Below are positions 1 through 8,232 of a stretch of 64,000 nt of DNA, one piece after another (the first letter of the stretch is position 1; each line of letters begins with the position of its first letter). The notes under the pieces were generated by a model. The model saw only the letters and a list, made by a program, of their open reading frames with translations, was not told the origin of the DNA and did no database searches. The stretch covers positions 330,832 to 394,831 of the forward strand of contig JBFWWG010000003.1 of NCBI GenBank assembly GCA_050246315.1. The letters are read 5' to 3'. The translations under genes and the position numbers were made by a program. This DNA is from Nitrospiraceae bacterium. Its GTDB lineage: Bacteria > Nitrospirota > Nitrospiria > Nitrospirales > Nitrospiraceae.

Positions 1-1557
1 CACGACACCGGCCGCATGGGTTGATGCGTGGCGCGCCAGCCCTTCCAACGACTGCGCGATCGACATCAACTCTTTGAACTTGGACTCGGTCTCGACCAAC
101 TCTCTCAGCTTGGGCTCCTGGTCCAGCGCCTGCTGCAAGGTAATGTTGAGCTGGTTCGGGACCAATTTGGCGACCTTATCCACCTCCGCATAGGGGATCT
201 CCATCACACGCCCGACGTCGCGGATTGCGGCCTTGGCCCCGAGTGTCCCGAACGTAATGATCTGGGCCACGTGGTCGGAGCCGTATTTGTCCACCACGTA
301 GTTGATGACCTCGCCTCGACGGTCCATGCAGAAATCCATATCGATGTCGGGCAGGGACACACGCTCGGGATTCAGAAACCGCTCGAAGAGGAGGCTGTAG
401 ACCAGCGGATCCAAATCGGTGATGCGTAAGGCATAGGCCACCAGGCTCCCTGCCGCAGAACCTCGTCCAGGCCCGACGGGGATCCCACGCGAACGGGCGA
501 ACTTGATGATGTCCCAGACAATTAGGAAATAGCCGGCAAATCCCATCGCACAGATGATGGCCAGCTCCTCGCGCAAACGCGCGTCATAGTCCAGGGTCGG
601 CAGAGTCCCAGGACGTTCGCTCAGCCGCGCAGCCAAACCCTCGATCGCCAAGTGTTCGAGATAGGTCTCACGTGTGTAGCCATCCGGCACCTTGTATTGA
701 GGGAGGTAGGTCTTGTTCAGGGTCAGTTGCAAATCGCATTGCTCAGCGATCCGCACCGTGTTGCTCACAGCGTCCGGCAACTCGGAAAACTCGCGTATCA
801 CTTCGTCGGTGGACTTGACGTACAATTGATCCGTGTCGAACCTCATCCGATTGGGGTCATTGAATGTCTTGCCGGTTTGCAGGCAGAGCATGAGGTCGTG
901 GGGCCGGGAGTCTGCTTGCTTCAGATAGTGACAGTCGTTGGTCCCGGCAAGCGGAATGCCGAGCTTCTTGTGAATCTCAAGCAATCCGTCGTTGGCGATC
1001 CGTTGATGCTCCAGCCCGTTGGCCTGCAGTTCCAGATAGTAACTGTCCTTGCCGAAGATCTCCCGGTATTCGCCGGCCACCCGGGTGGCCCCTTCTATAT
1101 CCTTCTGACCGATGAGGTAGGCCACTTCACCGCTCAAACAGCCCGAGAGGGCGATCAGCCCATCATGATGCTGCTGTAATAATTCCTTATCCATCCGTGG
1201 CTTATAGTAGAACCCTTCAAGATACGCTTTACTCACCAACTTGATGAGATTTTGATAGCCGGTGAGGTTCCGCGCGAGCAGGATCAGATGGTAGTAGTCG
1301 TTGTGGGCAAGGCCGCTATCTTTTGCAAAACGGCTCCCCGGCGCCATGTAAGCTTCACAACCGATGATCGCCTTCACTCCGGCATCCTTGGCCTTCCGGT
1401 AGAACTCGACCGCCCCGAACATGTTGCCGTGATCGGTCATGGCCACCGCCGGTTGGCCGAAGCCTTTGATCTGCTTCATCAGCGGATCGATTTGGTTGGC
1501 ACCGTCGAGGAGGCTGTACTGGGTATGGAGGTGGAGGTGGACGAATTGCGGTGGCAT
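1..1557 (-). CDS. dnaE: DNA polymerase III alpha subunit (5' part, runs off left edge)
   Basis: Not in ORF track. Manual translation from ATG 1557 gives MPPQFVHLHLHTQYSLLDGANQID...TDHGNMFG...GPGRGSAAGSLVAY...FERFLNPERVSLPDIDMDF, the PHP and polymerase motifs of DnaE. Confidence 0.97.
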   Translation of the reverse strand, partial: MPPQFVHLHLHTQYSLLDGANQIDPLMKQIKGFGQPAVAMTDHGNMFGAVEFYRKAKDAGVKAIIGCEAYMAPGSRFAKDSGLAHNDYYHLILLARNLTGYQNLIKLVSKAYLEGFYYKPRMDKELLQQHHDGLIALSGCLSGEVAYLIGQKDIEGATRVAGEYREIFGKDSYYLELQANGLEHQRIANDGLLEIHKKLGIPLAGTNDCHYLKQADSRPHDLMLCLQTGKTFNDPNRMRFDTDQLYVKSTDEVIREFSELPDAVSNTVRIAEQCDLQLTLNKTYLPQYKVPDGYTRETYLEHLAIEGLAARLSERPGTLPTLDYDARLREELAIICAMGFAGYFLIVWDIIKFARSRGIPVGPGRGSAAGSLVAYALRITDLDPLVYSLLFERFLNPERVSLPDIDMDFCMDRRGEVINYVVDKYGSDHVAQIITFGTLGAKAAIRDVGRVMEIPYAEVDKVAKLVPNQLNITLQQALDQEPKLRELVETESKFKELMSIAQSLEGLARHASTHAAGVV

Positions 1558-1576
1558 GGTGAAAAAAGTGAAACGG

Positions 1577-1605
1577 ATTGTAGGAGGGGAGGGAGGGGAA
1601 GTCAA
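1577..1605 (-). promoter_or_regulatory. sigma70-type promoter for dnaE
   Basis: Minus strand TTGACT-N17-TACAAT about 20 nt above the ATG. Confidence 0.65.
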
Positions 1606-2050
1606 ACGAGGAGAAGGAGAGAAGATGATGAGGAAGCGATAGGGTGGGTCTCGTGCGCTCGCAGAGGCCGCACGATAGGAATGTGCTCCCTCGATGCGCG
1701 CGATTCGAGACCCACCCATCGCCTCCTCTCCGGACGGGGAGGGAAACAACGAGCAAGCTTGGAAGGAGCATTGATATCGAAGCACTCGCCACGGACGGGG
1801 GAAGTCAAACCGAGCGGAGAGGGCGAGGCATGCCCGTATCAGTCTTGTGCTCCCGGAGGCCGCATGCTCGGAAGCATGCCCCCTCGACGGCCGCAATGGA
1901 ACCGACACAGGCATGCCTCCCCAGATGAATTTTCTCCAATCCGATGGGAAGAGAGACAACCCTGCCGTCTTCACCAATGCAAAGTGAAGGAGTAATCAGC
2001 GAGCTCGGAGGGAACATCGAATACTCGCAGAGGCCGCACGATTGGAATGA
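1596..2050. repeat. Tandem ~200-bp structured repeat units (two full, one partial)
   Basis: GGGGAAGTCAAAC at 1596 and 1798; CTCGCAGAGGCCGCACGAT exact at 1658 and 2024 with a diverged copy at 1850; GC(A/G)AGCT(T/C)GGA(A/G)GGA tails near 1753 and 1999; flanking inverted repeats in each unit. Confidence 0.75.
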
Positions 2051-2175
2051 GAAAATACGCAGAAGGTCCTTCATCCCTTTCGGAGAACGGCGGAAACACA
2101 AACAACGGAGGTGCTGACAGATCACAGTGAGACGAGGATCGGCCTTCTTGATCCTATAGGACAGTCAGGCTAGCC

Positions 2176-2280
2176 TAGCAGCTTGCGAAAACCTCGATGT
2201 GTGTGCTTCAACGGGCTCAGCAGGCTCGAAAAACCCCGGTGTAGGCACCAATCGCTCCGTTCGTCCTGAAGCCCTCGAAG
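2176..2280. repeat. Degenerate REP/MITE-like element
   Basis: Starts CTAGCAGCTTGCGAAAA (similar to the repeat end at 5729-5747) and contains imperfect inverted arms CTTCAACGGGCTCAG and CTGAAGCCCTCGAAG. Confidence 0.5.
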
Positions 2281-2425
2281 TCTGTACGATTGCGTCAATC
2301 TTGCCTTAGCGGAAGCCGTTGACGGGGTCTTGATCACGGCGGACCGCAAATTGTACACGGCCATCGCCGGTGGGCCATATAATCCTCGAGTGTCCTGGAT
2401 CGAGGATCTGCCACGGGTGGCATGA
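2276..2425 (+). pseudogene. VapC/PIN-domain toxin C-terminal remnant
   Basis: Manual translation RSLYDCVNLALAEAVDGVLITADRKLYTAIAGGPYNPRVSWIEDLPRVA*, matching the PIN YDxxxLALA...LITADxKL pattern. In-frame TGA at 2267-2269 and no start codon. Confidence 0.75.
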
Positions 2426-2725
2426 GTGGAACGGGCGGGTTATCTTCCCAGATCCTCACGGATCATTGTCATGCTTCAAAGGCCACACCCAACTCATGTC
2501 GGCTCCGAATTGGATGAATTGCCATGATCTCAGGGTTCATAGCGCATGAACCGACGGCGAGAATCGAGCGCATGTCATCCAGCCAGGCTGGCTATTCACA
2601 TTTGGTAGACGTTGGAGTAGAGTGGCGCCCCTGCAATTCAAGAAGCGTGAACGGCGGTCTCCTGGCTCAGTCGAGGGGACGACACTTCACACCATTATCG
2701 TCTACCCCGAAAAGGAGGTCTCTGC

Positions 2726-4165
2726 ATGATGCCCGGTGTGCCCGCAATGTTGAGTGTGCTGGCCGGCTCACTCGTGTTCTTGCTTGGACTCACGTCATCG
2801 CTGGCGGACTCGCATCTCGCCATCCCGAAGCCGACCGACCCGTTGCTCCCTCCTCCGCCTCCTCCGACCATCGGCCCGTCCATCGTCAATCTGACCCTCA
2901 GCGTGTCGCTCCAACACCTCGCGCAAGCGGTGCAGGATTCCTTTCCCATCCACCATCAGCACGAGGACCAGTGGACGCCGGGCAAGCGGCTGATCGAAGG
3001 CGCCCCTTTTGAGTATCGGTACTACTTGTGGCGGGGGCCGGCGCAATTCAAGCTGACCGGGAACCAACTGGTCACAGAATTTCCGGACGTGCGATATCGC
3101 GTCGCCGCTCGCGTGTCAGAGACCGACGGCCAGACGCGCATGGGCACCTGTGGGTATGGTGATCAATGGCCGCGACATTTGCGCCTCACTGCCACTTCGT
3201 TACTGTCCTGGGCCGAATCCTGGCGGTTGCACACCATCACGACCTTTGAACCTCCGGCGTTGGTGGATGATTGCCGACTCACTCCATTGATGGCGGACGT
3301 CGGCCCATTATTGGCTGCGGGGTTGAAGGAACGATTACCGCCGCTCGCGACGGCCATCGATCGAACCGTGGCGGAACGGGCAGAGGCTAAACAGCGGGCC
3401 GAAGGCATCTGGCAGCGCCTCCAGGAACCGGTCGAACTGAAGCGAGGCATGTGGCTTGCGTTTCGCCCATCCGGTGCACAGGCCGGACCGATTACTCCCG
3501 ATGGGGAGGCGAGTGTGCAGTCGGTCGTGAGTCTGGCATTCCATCCGACAGTCACCCTGGGACCCAAACCTCCCGTGCCTGTCCTCCCTCTCCCACCGCT
3601 GCAACTCGACAAGGTGGCGGCTCCGGAAGGCCTGCACCTCAGCATCCCCGTGCAAGTGTCCTATGAGGAACTGAACCGGCGCCTGATGCCCCAAGTCGTG
3701 GGAGAGGAAATTCAGCCGCCGGTCGGCTCGGCGACCAAGGTGACCGACCTGCAGGTGTACGGAAGCGGGGACCGGTTGATTGCTGCCGTCTCCGTGTCCG
3801 GCGGTGTAAATGGGACGCTCTATCTTGCCGGACGACCGTCACTCGACACAGCTACCCAGGTTCTGGAATTTCGCGAATTCGGCTATACGATGGAGACGAA
3901 AAACGTACTGGCGAAGACCATCAACCGCATGATGTACGACGCCATTTTGGAGCAAGTGCTGCCGGATACCAGGATCGATCTGCGCGATCTCTTTGAGGAC
4001 CTCCGCAATCGGATCGAGCGACAACTCACACGAGAGCTAGTTCCAGGCACCTGGCTGGAGGGATCCGTCACGCAACTGACTCCGCGCGGGATCTATCCCA
4101 CCGAGAACGGCCTTGAGATCCAGGTCGTCGTGGACGGGAATCTGAAACTCACAATTGTGAAATGA
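2726..4165 (+). CDS. DUF4403-family exported protein
   Basis: 479 aa; SD AAGGAGG; signal peptide and Pro-rich linker; family-like segments YYLWRGP, GSGDRLIAAVSVSGGVNGTLYLAGRP. Confidence 0.75.
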   Translation: MMPGVPAMLSVLAGSLVFLLGLTSSLADSHLAIPKPTDPLLPPPPPPTIGPSIVNLTLSVSLQHLAQAVQDSFPIHHQHEDQWTPGKRLIEGAPFEYRYYLWRGPAQFKLTGNQLVTEFPDVRYRVAARVSETDGQTRMGTCGYGDQWPRHLRLTATSLLSWAESWRLHTITTFEPPALVDDCRLTPLMADVGPLLAAGLKERLPPLATAIDRTVAERAEAKQRAEGIWQRLQEPVELKRGMWLAFRPSGAQAGPITPDGEASVQSVVSLAFHPTVTLGPKPPVPVLPLPPLQLDKVAAPEGLHLSIPVQVSYEELNRRLMPQVVGEEIQPPVGSATKVTDLQVYGSGDRLIAAVSVSGGVNGTLYLAGRPSLDTATQVLEFREFGYTMETKNVLAKTINRMMYDAILEQVLPDTRIDLRDLFEDLRNRIERQLTRELVPGTWLEGSVTQLTPRGIYPTENGLEIQVVVDGNLKLTIVK

Positions 4166-4221
4166 TTGAGCACAGAGGTTCGAGCGGCACCGGCGACAAC
4201 GGTTGGCAGGGAAGCGAGCGA

Positions 4222-4248
4222 TCCGCGGCGGCGGCGGGCCGCCGCGGA
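4222..4248. terminator. GC-rich hairpin between convergent genes
   Basis: TCCGCGGCGGC-N5-GCCGCCGCGGA 11-bp stem; no clear U-tract. Confidence 0.45.
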
Positions 4249-4258
4249 ACTCGTCAAC

Positions 4259-5041
4259 CTATGGGCTCAGATAGCCGGTGAGATTGTCTTGGACGGAACG
4301 GACTCCCTCCACATTCTTGGCCAATTCGACCGCCTTTTCGGCCTCCCGTTGCGCTTCAACGTTTCCCGTCAAGAAGACGCGGCCCTCAAGGGTCGCGACC
4401 GAAATCTTCCGCTGACTCAGGACCGGATCGGTGGCAATGGCATTCTTCACTTTCTCTGTGGCGTCCTTGTCACCCGCGGTGCCAAAGGCTAACGGAGGGA
4501 GGTACCCGACCAAGCTATTTTGAACAGATTCCACTTCTTCCACGTTCTTGGCCAATTCAACGGCCTGATCGGCTTCCCGCTGCGTCGGGACGTTGCCGAG
4601 TAACTGTACCCGTTTCTTGTAAGTGGACACCTTAATGCCTCGTTCACGGAGCATGGGGTCCGACTCCAGGGCGGATTTCACCTGATCGGTGATCTCTTTG
4701 TCTCGAGCGGTGCTTTCCGTCACATGAGGTCGATGACCAACGAGGTTACTTTGCACAGACCGCACCTCCTCCACACTGTTCGCCAGATCGATCGCCTTAT
4801 CGGCCTCCCGCTCATGGAGAACCTGTCCCTGCAGCAACACCCGGCCTTTGTAGCTGGACACCGCAATGTTCCGCTGGCTGAGCACCGGATCGGCCGCGAG
4901 GGCGCTCTTGACCTTGTCCGTGATTTCCTTGTCCGTCGCGGCGAAAGCCGTGGACCCCGTACCGAGCACGAGGGCCAGCCCCACCGCTGTGATCACATTT
5001 CTCCAATGGCCTCGCACTCCTGTCCGCGTCGGCTGTTGCAT
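4259..5041 (-). CDS. Periplasmic triple-BON-domain (OsmY-like) protein
   Basis: Signal peptide ending AFA; three repeats of DKEITDxVKSALxxDPxLxxRxIxVSTxxGRVxLxGxV...AVELAKNVEGVxSVQxNL; strong SD. Confidence 0.9.
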   Translation of the reverse strand: MQQPTRTGVRGHWRNVITAVGLALVLGTGSTAFAATDKEITDKVKSALAADPVLSQRNIAVSSYKGRVLLQGQVLHEREADKAIDLANSVEEVRSVQSNLVGHRPHVTESTARDKEITDQVKSALESDPMLRERGIKVSTYKKRVQLLGNVPTQREADQAVELAKNVEEVESVQNSLVGYLPPLAFGTAGDKDATEKVKNAIATDPVLSQRKISVATLEGRVFLTGNVEAQREAEKAVELAKNVEGVRSVQDNLTGYLSP

Positions 5042-5341
5042 GGGTTCCTCCCTCCTTGTGAGATGGTGGTCAACTACGCCGGTTCCCTGCCGTGCCAGTG
5101 AAGAAGACGACAGAAGAAGATGGATCAGGTTGGGTCATTCGCGATGCTTCAACGAAAATGCACGTATGCTAGCACGTTCCCGGAGCAAAACCAAGAAACG
5201 GAGCGAGGCCACAGAGGCCCGTTCACCGGGTGCCCACGATACGGATGGAACCGCATGGAACGTGAGGATTCACTGCCTCCCGCCATCCTATACCGTCTAT
5301 CGCGCGTCTCGTTGTCATTCCAAACAATGACGGACTCCATC

Positions 5342-5616
5342 CATCGCGACAGCGGGCGGCTGCGGGGTCGCCGGACCATCTGGGGCGGCCGCGCACCGGT
5401 CCGCACGGCCCTGTATATGGCCACCTTGGTGGCGACCCGCTGGAACCCGGTGATCCGGCAGTGCTATCAGCGCGTGCGCGCCGCCGGCAAAGCGCCCAAG
5501 GTCGCACTGGCGGCCGCGATGCGCAAGCTGCTGACCATTCTCAATGCGATGGTGCATCATGGGACTCGCTGGCGTTCCACCGTTCAGGTGGCTACTTGAC
5601 AATCAAGACAGTTGCT
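5342..5616 (+). mobile_element. IS110-family remnant: transposase C-terminus plus right end
   Basis: RDSGRLRGRRTIWGGRAPVRTALYMATLVATRWNPVIR...GKAPKVALAAAMRKLLTILNAM (IS116/IS110/IS902 domain); stop 5597-5599 followed by TTGACAATCAAGACAGTTGCT; no N-terminal DEDD domain. Confidence 0.9.
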
Positions 5617-5747
5617 CGGCCCTTCGCTCGCTGCGGCCTTGCCGGGCGGCCTTTTTGAGCATCCGGCATGGCTGTCCGTCGTCGTTTGAGACCTCGATGT
5701 CCGTGACAATCATAAGCGTTGAAGACAGTTTTTCCGCAGCCTGCCAG
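5615..5747. repeat. REP/MITE-like intergenic repeat, half copy abutting the IS110 end
   Basis: CTCGGCCCTTCGCTCGCTGCGGCCTTGCCGGGCGGCCTTTTTGAGCATCCGGC aligns with 9862-9915; ends TTTTTCCGCAGCCTGCCAG. Confidence 0.7.
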
Positions 5748-6445
5748 ATCTTCATGAGGGCCAGCCTAGCAGGCGGTTGAACCACGTGCTCCCTTTAGCT
5801 CTCGTCTCGCTTCATTGCTGCGGCCTTGTTCCTCTGCTTCCATACGCTCACAATCTGAGCAATTCCGCACAGCGCGCTCGTCGCAATTCCTCACGTCAGA
5901 CGATCAACTCCGCACACCTCGCACCCTTCGCAGGCAATCCGATGCAAGCGTCAAACATTGCTACCACAATGCTTTCTCCCTCGTGACGCCGCTCGCGCCG
6001 CCACGGTTGGTGAACACATTCTCGCGGGCAAGCATATTGCGTATACATGTTGCGTGCATTTGTTCCGGCGGTGCTTGGCAGACTCGCCAGCGTCCTGATC
6101 ACCATGGCGCGGGTTATTAACAAGAGGGTGCGTCTCTCAGGTTGGGGCAAGCAAGATTGTTTCGGTTCCTTGAGGTCGTTCGAGACTGACGGGGCGCGAA
6201 CCACAACGATCTCGCTGAGCCGGAGGCTCAAAAGGCCGCTCAGCGCAGACGTGGCGAGCGAAGAGGGGAATCGTACCCGAGATGCCAGGTGCTCTTCTTC
6301 GTACCACGAGCCGAAAACGTTGAGCCACTGCACGTCAGGCCCATTGCATCCTGACGATGCAGCACCGAGTGCCTTAGCGACGCTGGTGGATGTTCCCCAA
6401 GAGTCTGTCAGCCTTCGGCGGCACGCCGGAAAGGAGGTGAGGCGG

Positions 6446-6508
6446 ATGCGCCAAGCTCACAAGCGCGACTCAAAGGGTGGTTATCTGCACGAGCGGTCTC
6501 CTCCTTGA
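6446..6508 (+). CDS. Putative 20-aa upstream ORF / leader peptide (MRQAHKRDSKGGYLHERSPP)
   Basis: Full-length SD AAGGAGGTGA (6431-6440) 5 nt before ATG 6446. Confidence 0.4.
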   Translation: MRQAHKRDSKGGYLHERSPP

Positions 6509-6587
6509 GCCTCGCTCAAGCAACGACCAAAGGGACCGACGTGACAGTACACGTGTATACTCCGAGGGGAGTTCAAGAGGAGGATTT

Positions 6588-7073
6588 ATGCGAAGCCGTG
6601 ATGCTTATCATACCATCGTTCTGTATATCATGGGAATTGCAGTGTGCTCGATGCTATTCGTCCTGCACCCGACAGTGACATCGGCAACGACAACCGGTCT
6701 GGGCTTGGACTGGCTGCCTCAACTCACCGATCACGTGCTGCGCGTGCAATACGGCACTGGGCCGGACGCCGGCAAGATGGAACCGTATGTGAAACAGCTC
6801 ATGACGGTGCGCACGGCCTTGCTCGACGGGAAAGGTGCGGAGGTGTACAAAGGGATGAACCAGTTCATGGACATGTTAGAGACGACCAACAACGGGATTT
6901 CAAAAGCCACTGCCGACAAACTGTTTGACTATGCGTTCGAAGTGACACCGGCAAAGTTTATCGAAAAGAAGCGCTATCTCGCGTACTACAACAAGACCAC
7001 GGCCCCTTACATTGACAATTTCCTGGAGAATGTTGGTGGTGGCGCGGCCGCGGCAGCACAGCTTGAACAATAA
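6588..7073 (+). CDS. Hypothetical exported/membrane-anchored protein (161 aa)
   Basis: SD AGAGGAGG before ATG 6588; N-terminal hydrophobic helix, helical remainder; hairpin follows the stop. Confidence 0.75.
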   Translation: MRSRDAYHTIVLYIMGIAVCSMLFVLHPTVTSATTTGLGLDWLPQLTDHVLRVQYGTGPDAGKMEPYVKQLMTVRTALLDGKGAEVYKGMNQFMDMLETTNNGISKATADKLFDYAFEVTPAKFIEKKRYLAYYNKTTAPYIDNFLENVGGGAAAAAQLEQ

Positions 7074-7082
7074 CCATCGTGA

Positions 7083-7112
7083 CGGGGGCGGTACTGGCTT
7101 GAACCGCCCCCG
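7083..7112 (+). terminator. Hairpin after 6588 gene
   Basis: CGGGGGCGGT-N10-ACCGCCCCCG perfect 10-bp stem; no U-tract. Confidence 0.5.
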
Positions 7113-7174
7113 CAGGACGGGTGGAGTATCGCCGTCCTCCGCTCCATTCGATTCCGGTCTCGAGGTTTCAGGCA

Positions 7175-7936
7175 ATGATGTTGCGTCATTACCGCATGGT
7201 GGTCTGCGCTTGGTTGGGGATAGGACTTCTCTTCGGCTGCGCCGCCATGCCGGCGGCGCGAATCGACGCCTATCTTGGTCCGGACAGTGGGCGTATCGAT
7301 GATCCGGGAATCGCCCAATCCGCCGTCCTCCCCGGCTCTCTTCTGAATGCCGGCTTGGTCGTCATCAACGACACCACAACCCCCGAATCTGCGCCGACCC
7401 TATCAGAGGGCGCATTGCTCACGTTAACCGTTCAGATCCGTCACAGAATTGGCCAGACCTTGCCGATCGATGTGACCAAGACCGTGCCCGCCACCGACTT
7501 GAGGCCCGGCGAGGATCGGGGCGCACTGGTTCGCCTCGCCGCAAGATCCGGACTCCGGTATCTCATCATCGCCGTGGTCTCGAACGTCGAGACCTCGGCG
7601 CCCGTCATGTTTGAGGTCGTTGGTGGGAGCACCTCGGCTCGCGGGACCGCCGTTGACGTATTCACATTGATGGAATTGGCCCTGCTGGACAGCGAAACTG
7701 GACAGGTCTTGGTCAGGGGTCACGGAAGAGATCGCGCCCGACTAAATCACCTGAACGACCAGGATGGGTCGAATGAATACCCGGTCATCGTGCGGTCGAT
7801 CGGAACGAGGGAATCGCCCTCGGCCGGAAGCACTCCCCGCGAGGCGCTCTATCTCACCGCAGCCTCCGACGCGTTGGATCAGGCTCTCCTCCGTTTCAGC
7901 GAGGCGTGGGAAGCACGACGCGCAAGAGGTGCATAG
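7175..7936 (+). CDS. Hypothetical lipoprotein
   Basis: Hydrophobic signal ending LLFGC lipobox; alpha/beta pattern with ELALLDSETGQVL. Start uncertain. Confidence 0.7.
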   Translation: MMLRHYRMVVCAWLGIGLLFGCAAMPAARIDAYLGPDSGRIDDPGIAQSAVLPGSLLNAGLVVINDTTTPESAPTLSEGALLTLTVQIRHRIGQTLPIDVTKTVPATDLRPGEDRGALVRLAARSGLRYLIIAVVSNVETSAPVMFEVVGGSTSARGTAVDVFTLMELALLDSETGQVLVRGHGRDRARLNHLNDQDGSNEYPVIVRSIGTRESPSAGSTPREALYLTAASDALDQALLRFSEAWEARRARGA

Positions 7937-8232
7937 CATGTGCTCCCGAACTCGTTCCGTCTCTGGCGGAACCCGGCTGGGGTCGTTGCCCGACTTGGCC
8001 GGTCTCGCAGTGATCCCTCACGGTCTATTTCGAACCTCCTGAGTTCATTCAACCGCTCCCCCCACCAAGCCCGCATCACGGTTCTCCATGAGCGGGCCGA
8101 ACAGTCGGCCTCCTCAACTCGTGGCGACCAATTTCCTCGCCTTGCAGTTCCCTGAATTCATCTGATATTCTTCGTGTTCCTTTCACAGGCACTGGTTTCT
8201 CTACCTGACAGATCGATTCGAAGGAGTGGCAT

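Noticed and set aside
28..1995. Plus-strand ORFs of 133-247 aa over the left edge
   Set aside because: Antisense shadows of dnaE; no recognisable motifs.
5083..5098. TGGCACG on the minus strand upstream of the BON gene as a sigma54 promoter
   Set aside because: No GC at the -12 position.
5777..6430. Several 60-150 aa ORFs on both strands
   Set aside because: No SD, motif or protein-like composition; treated as non-coding leader.
7937..8232. Possible ZTP (pfl) or purine riboswitch upstream of purH
   Set aside because: Could not find the conserved GACUG...GCCUGGGC pseudoknot or purine-aptamer core by eye.
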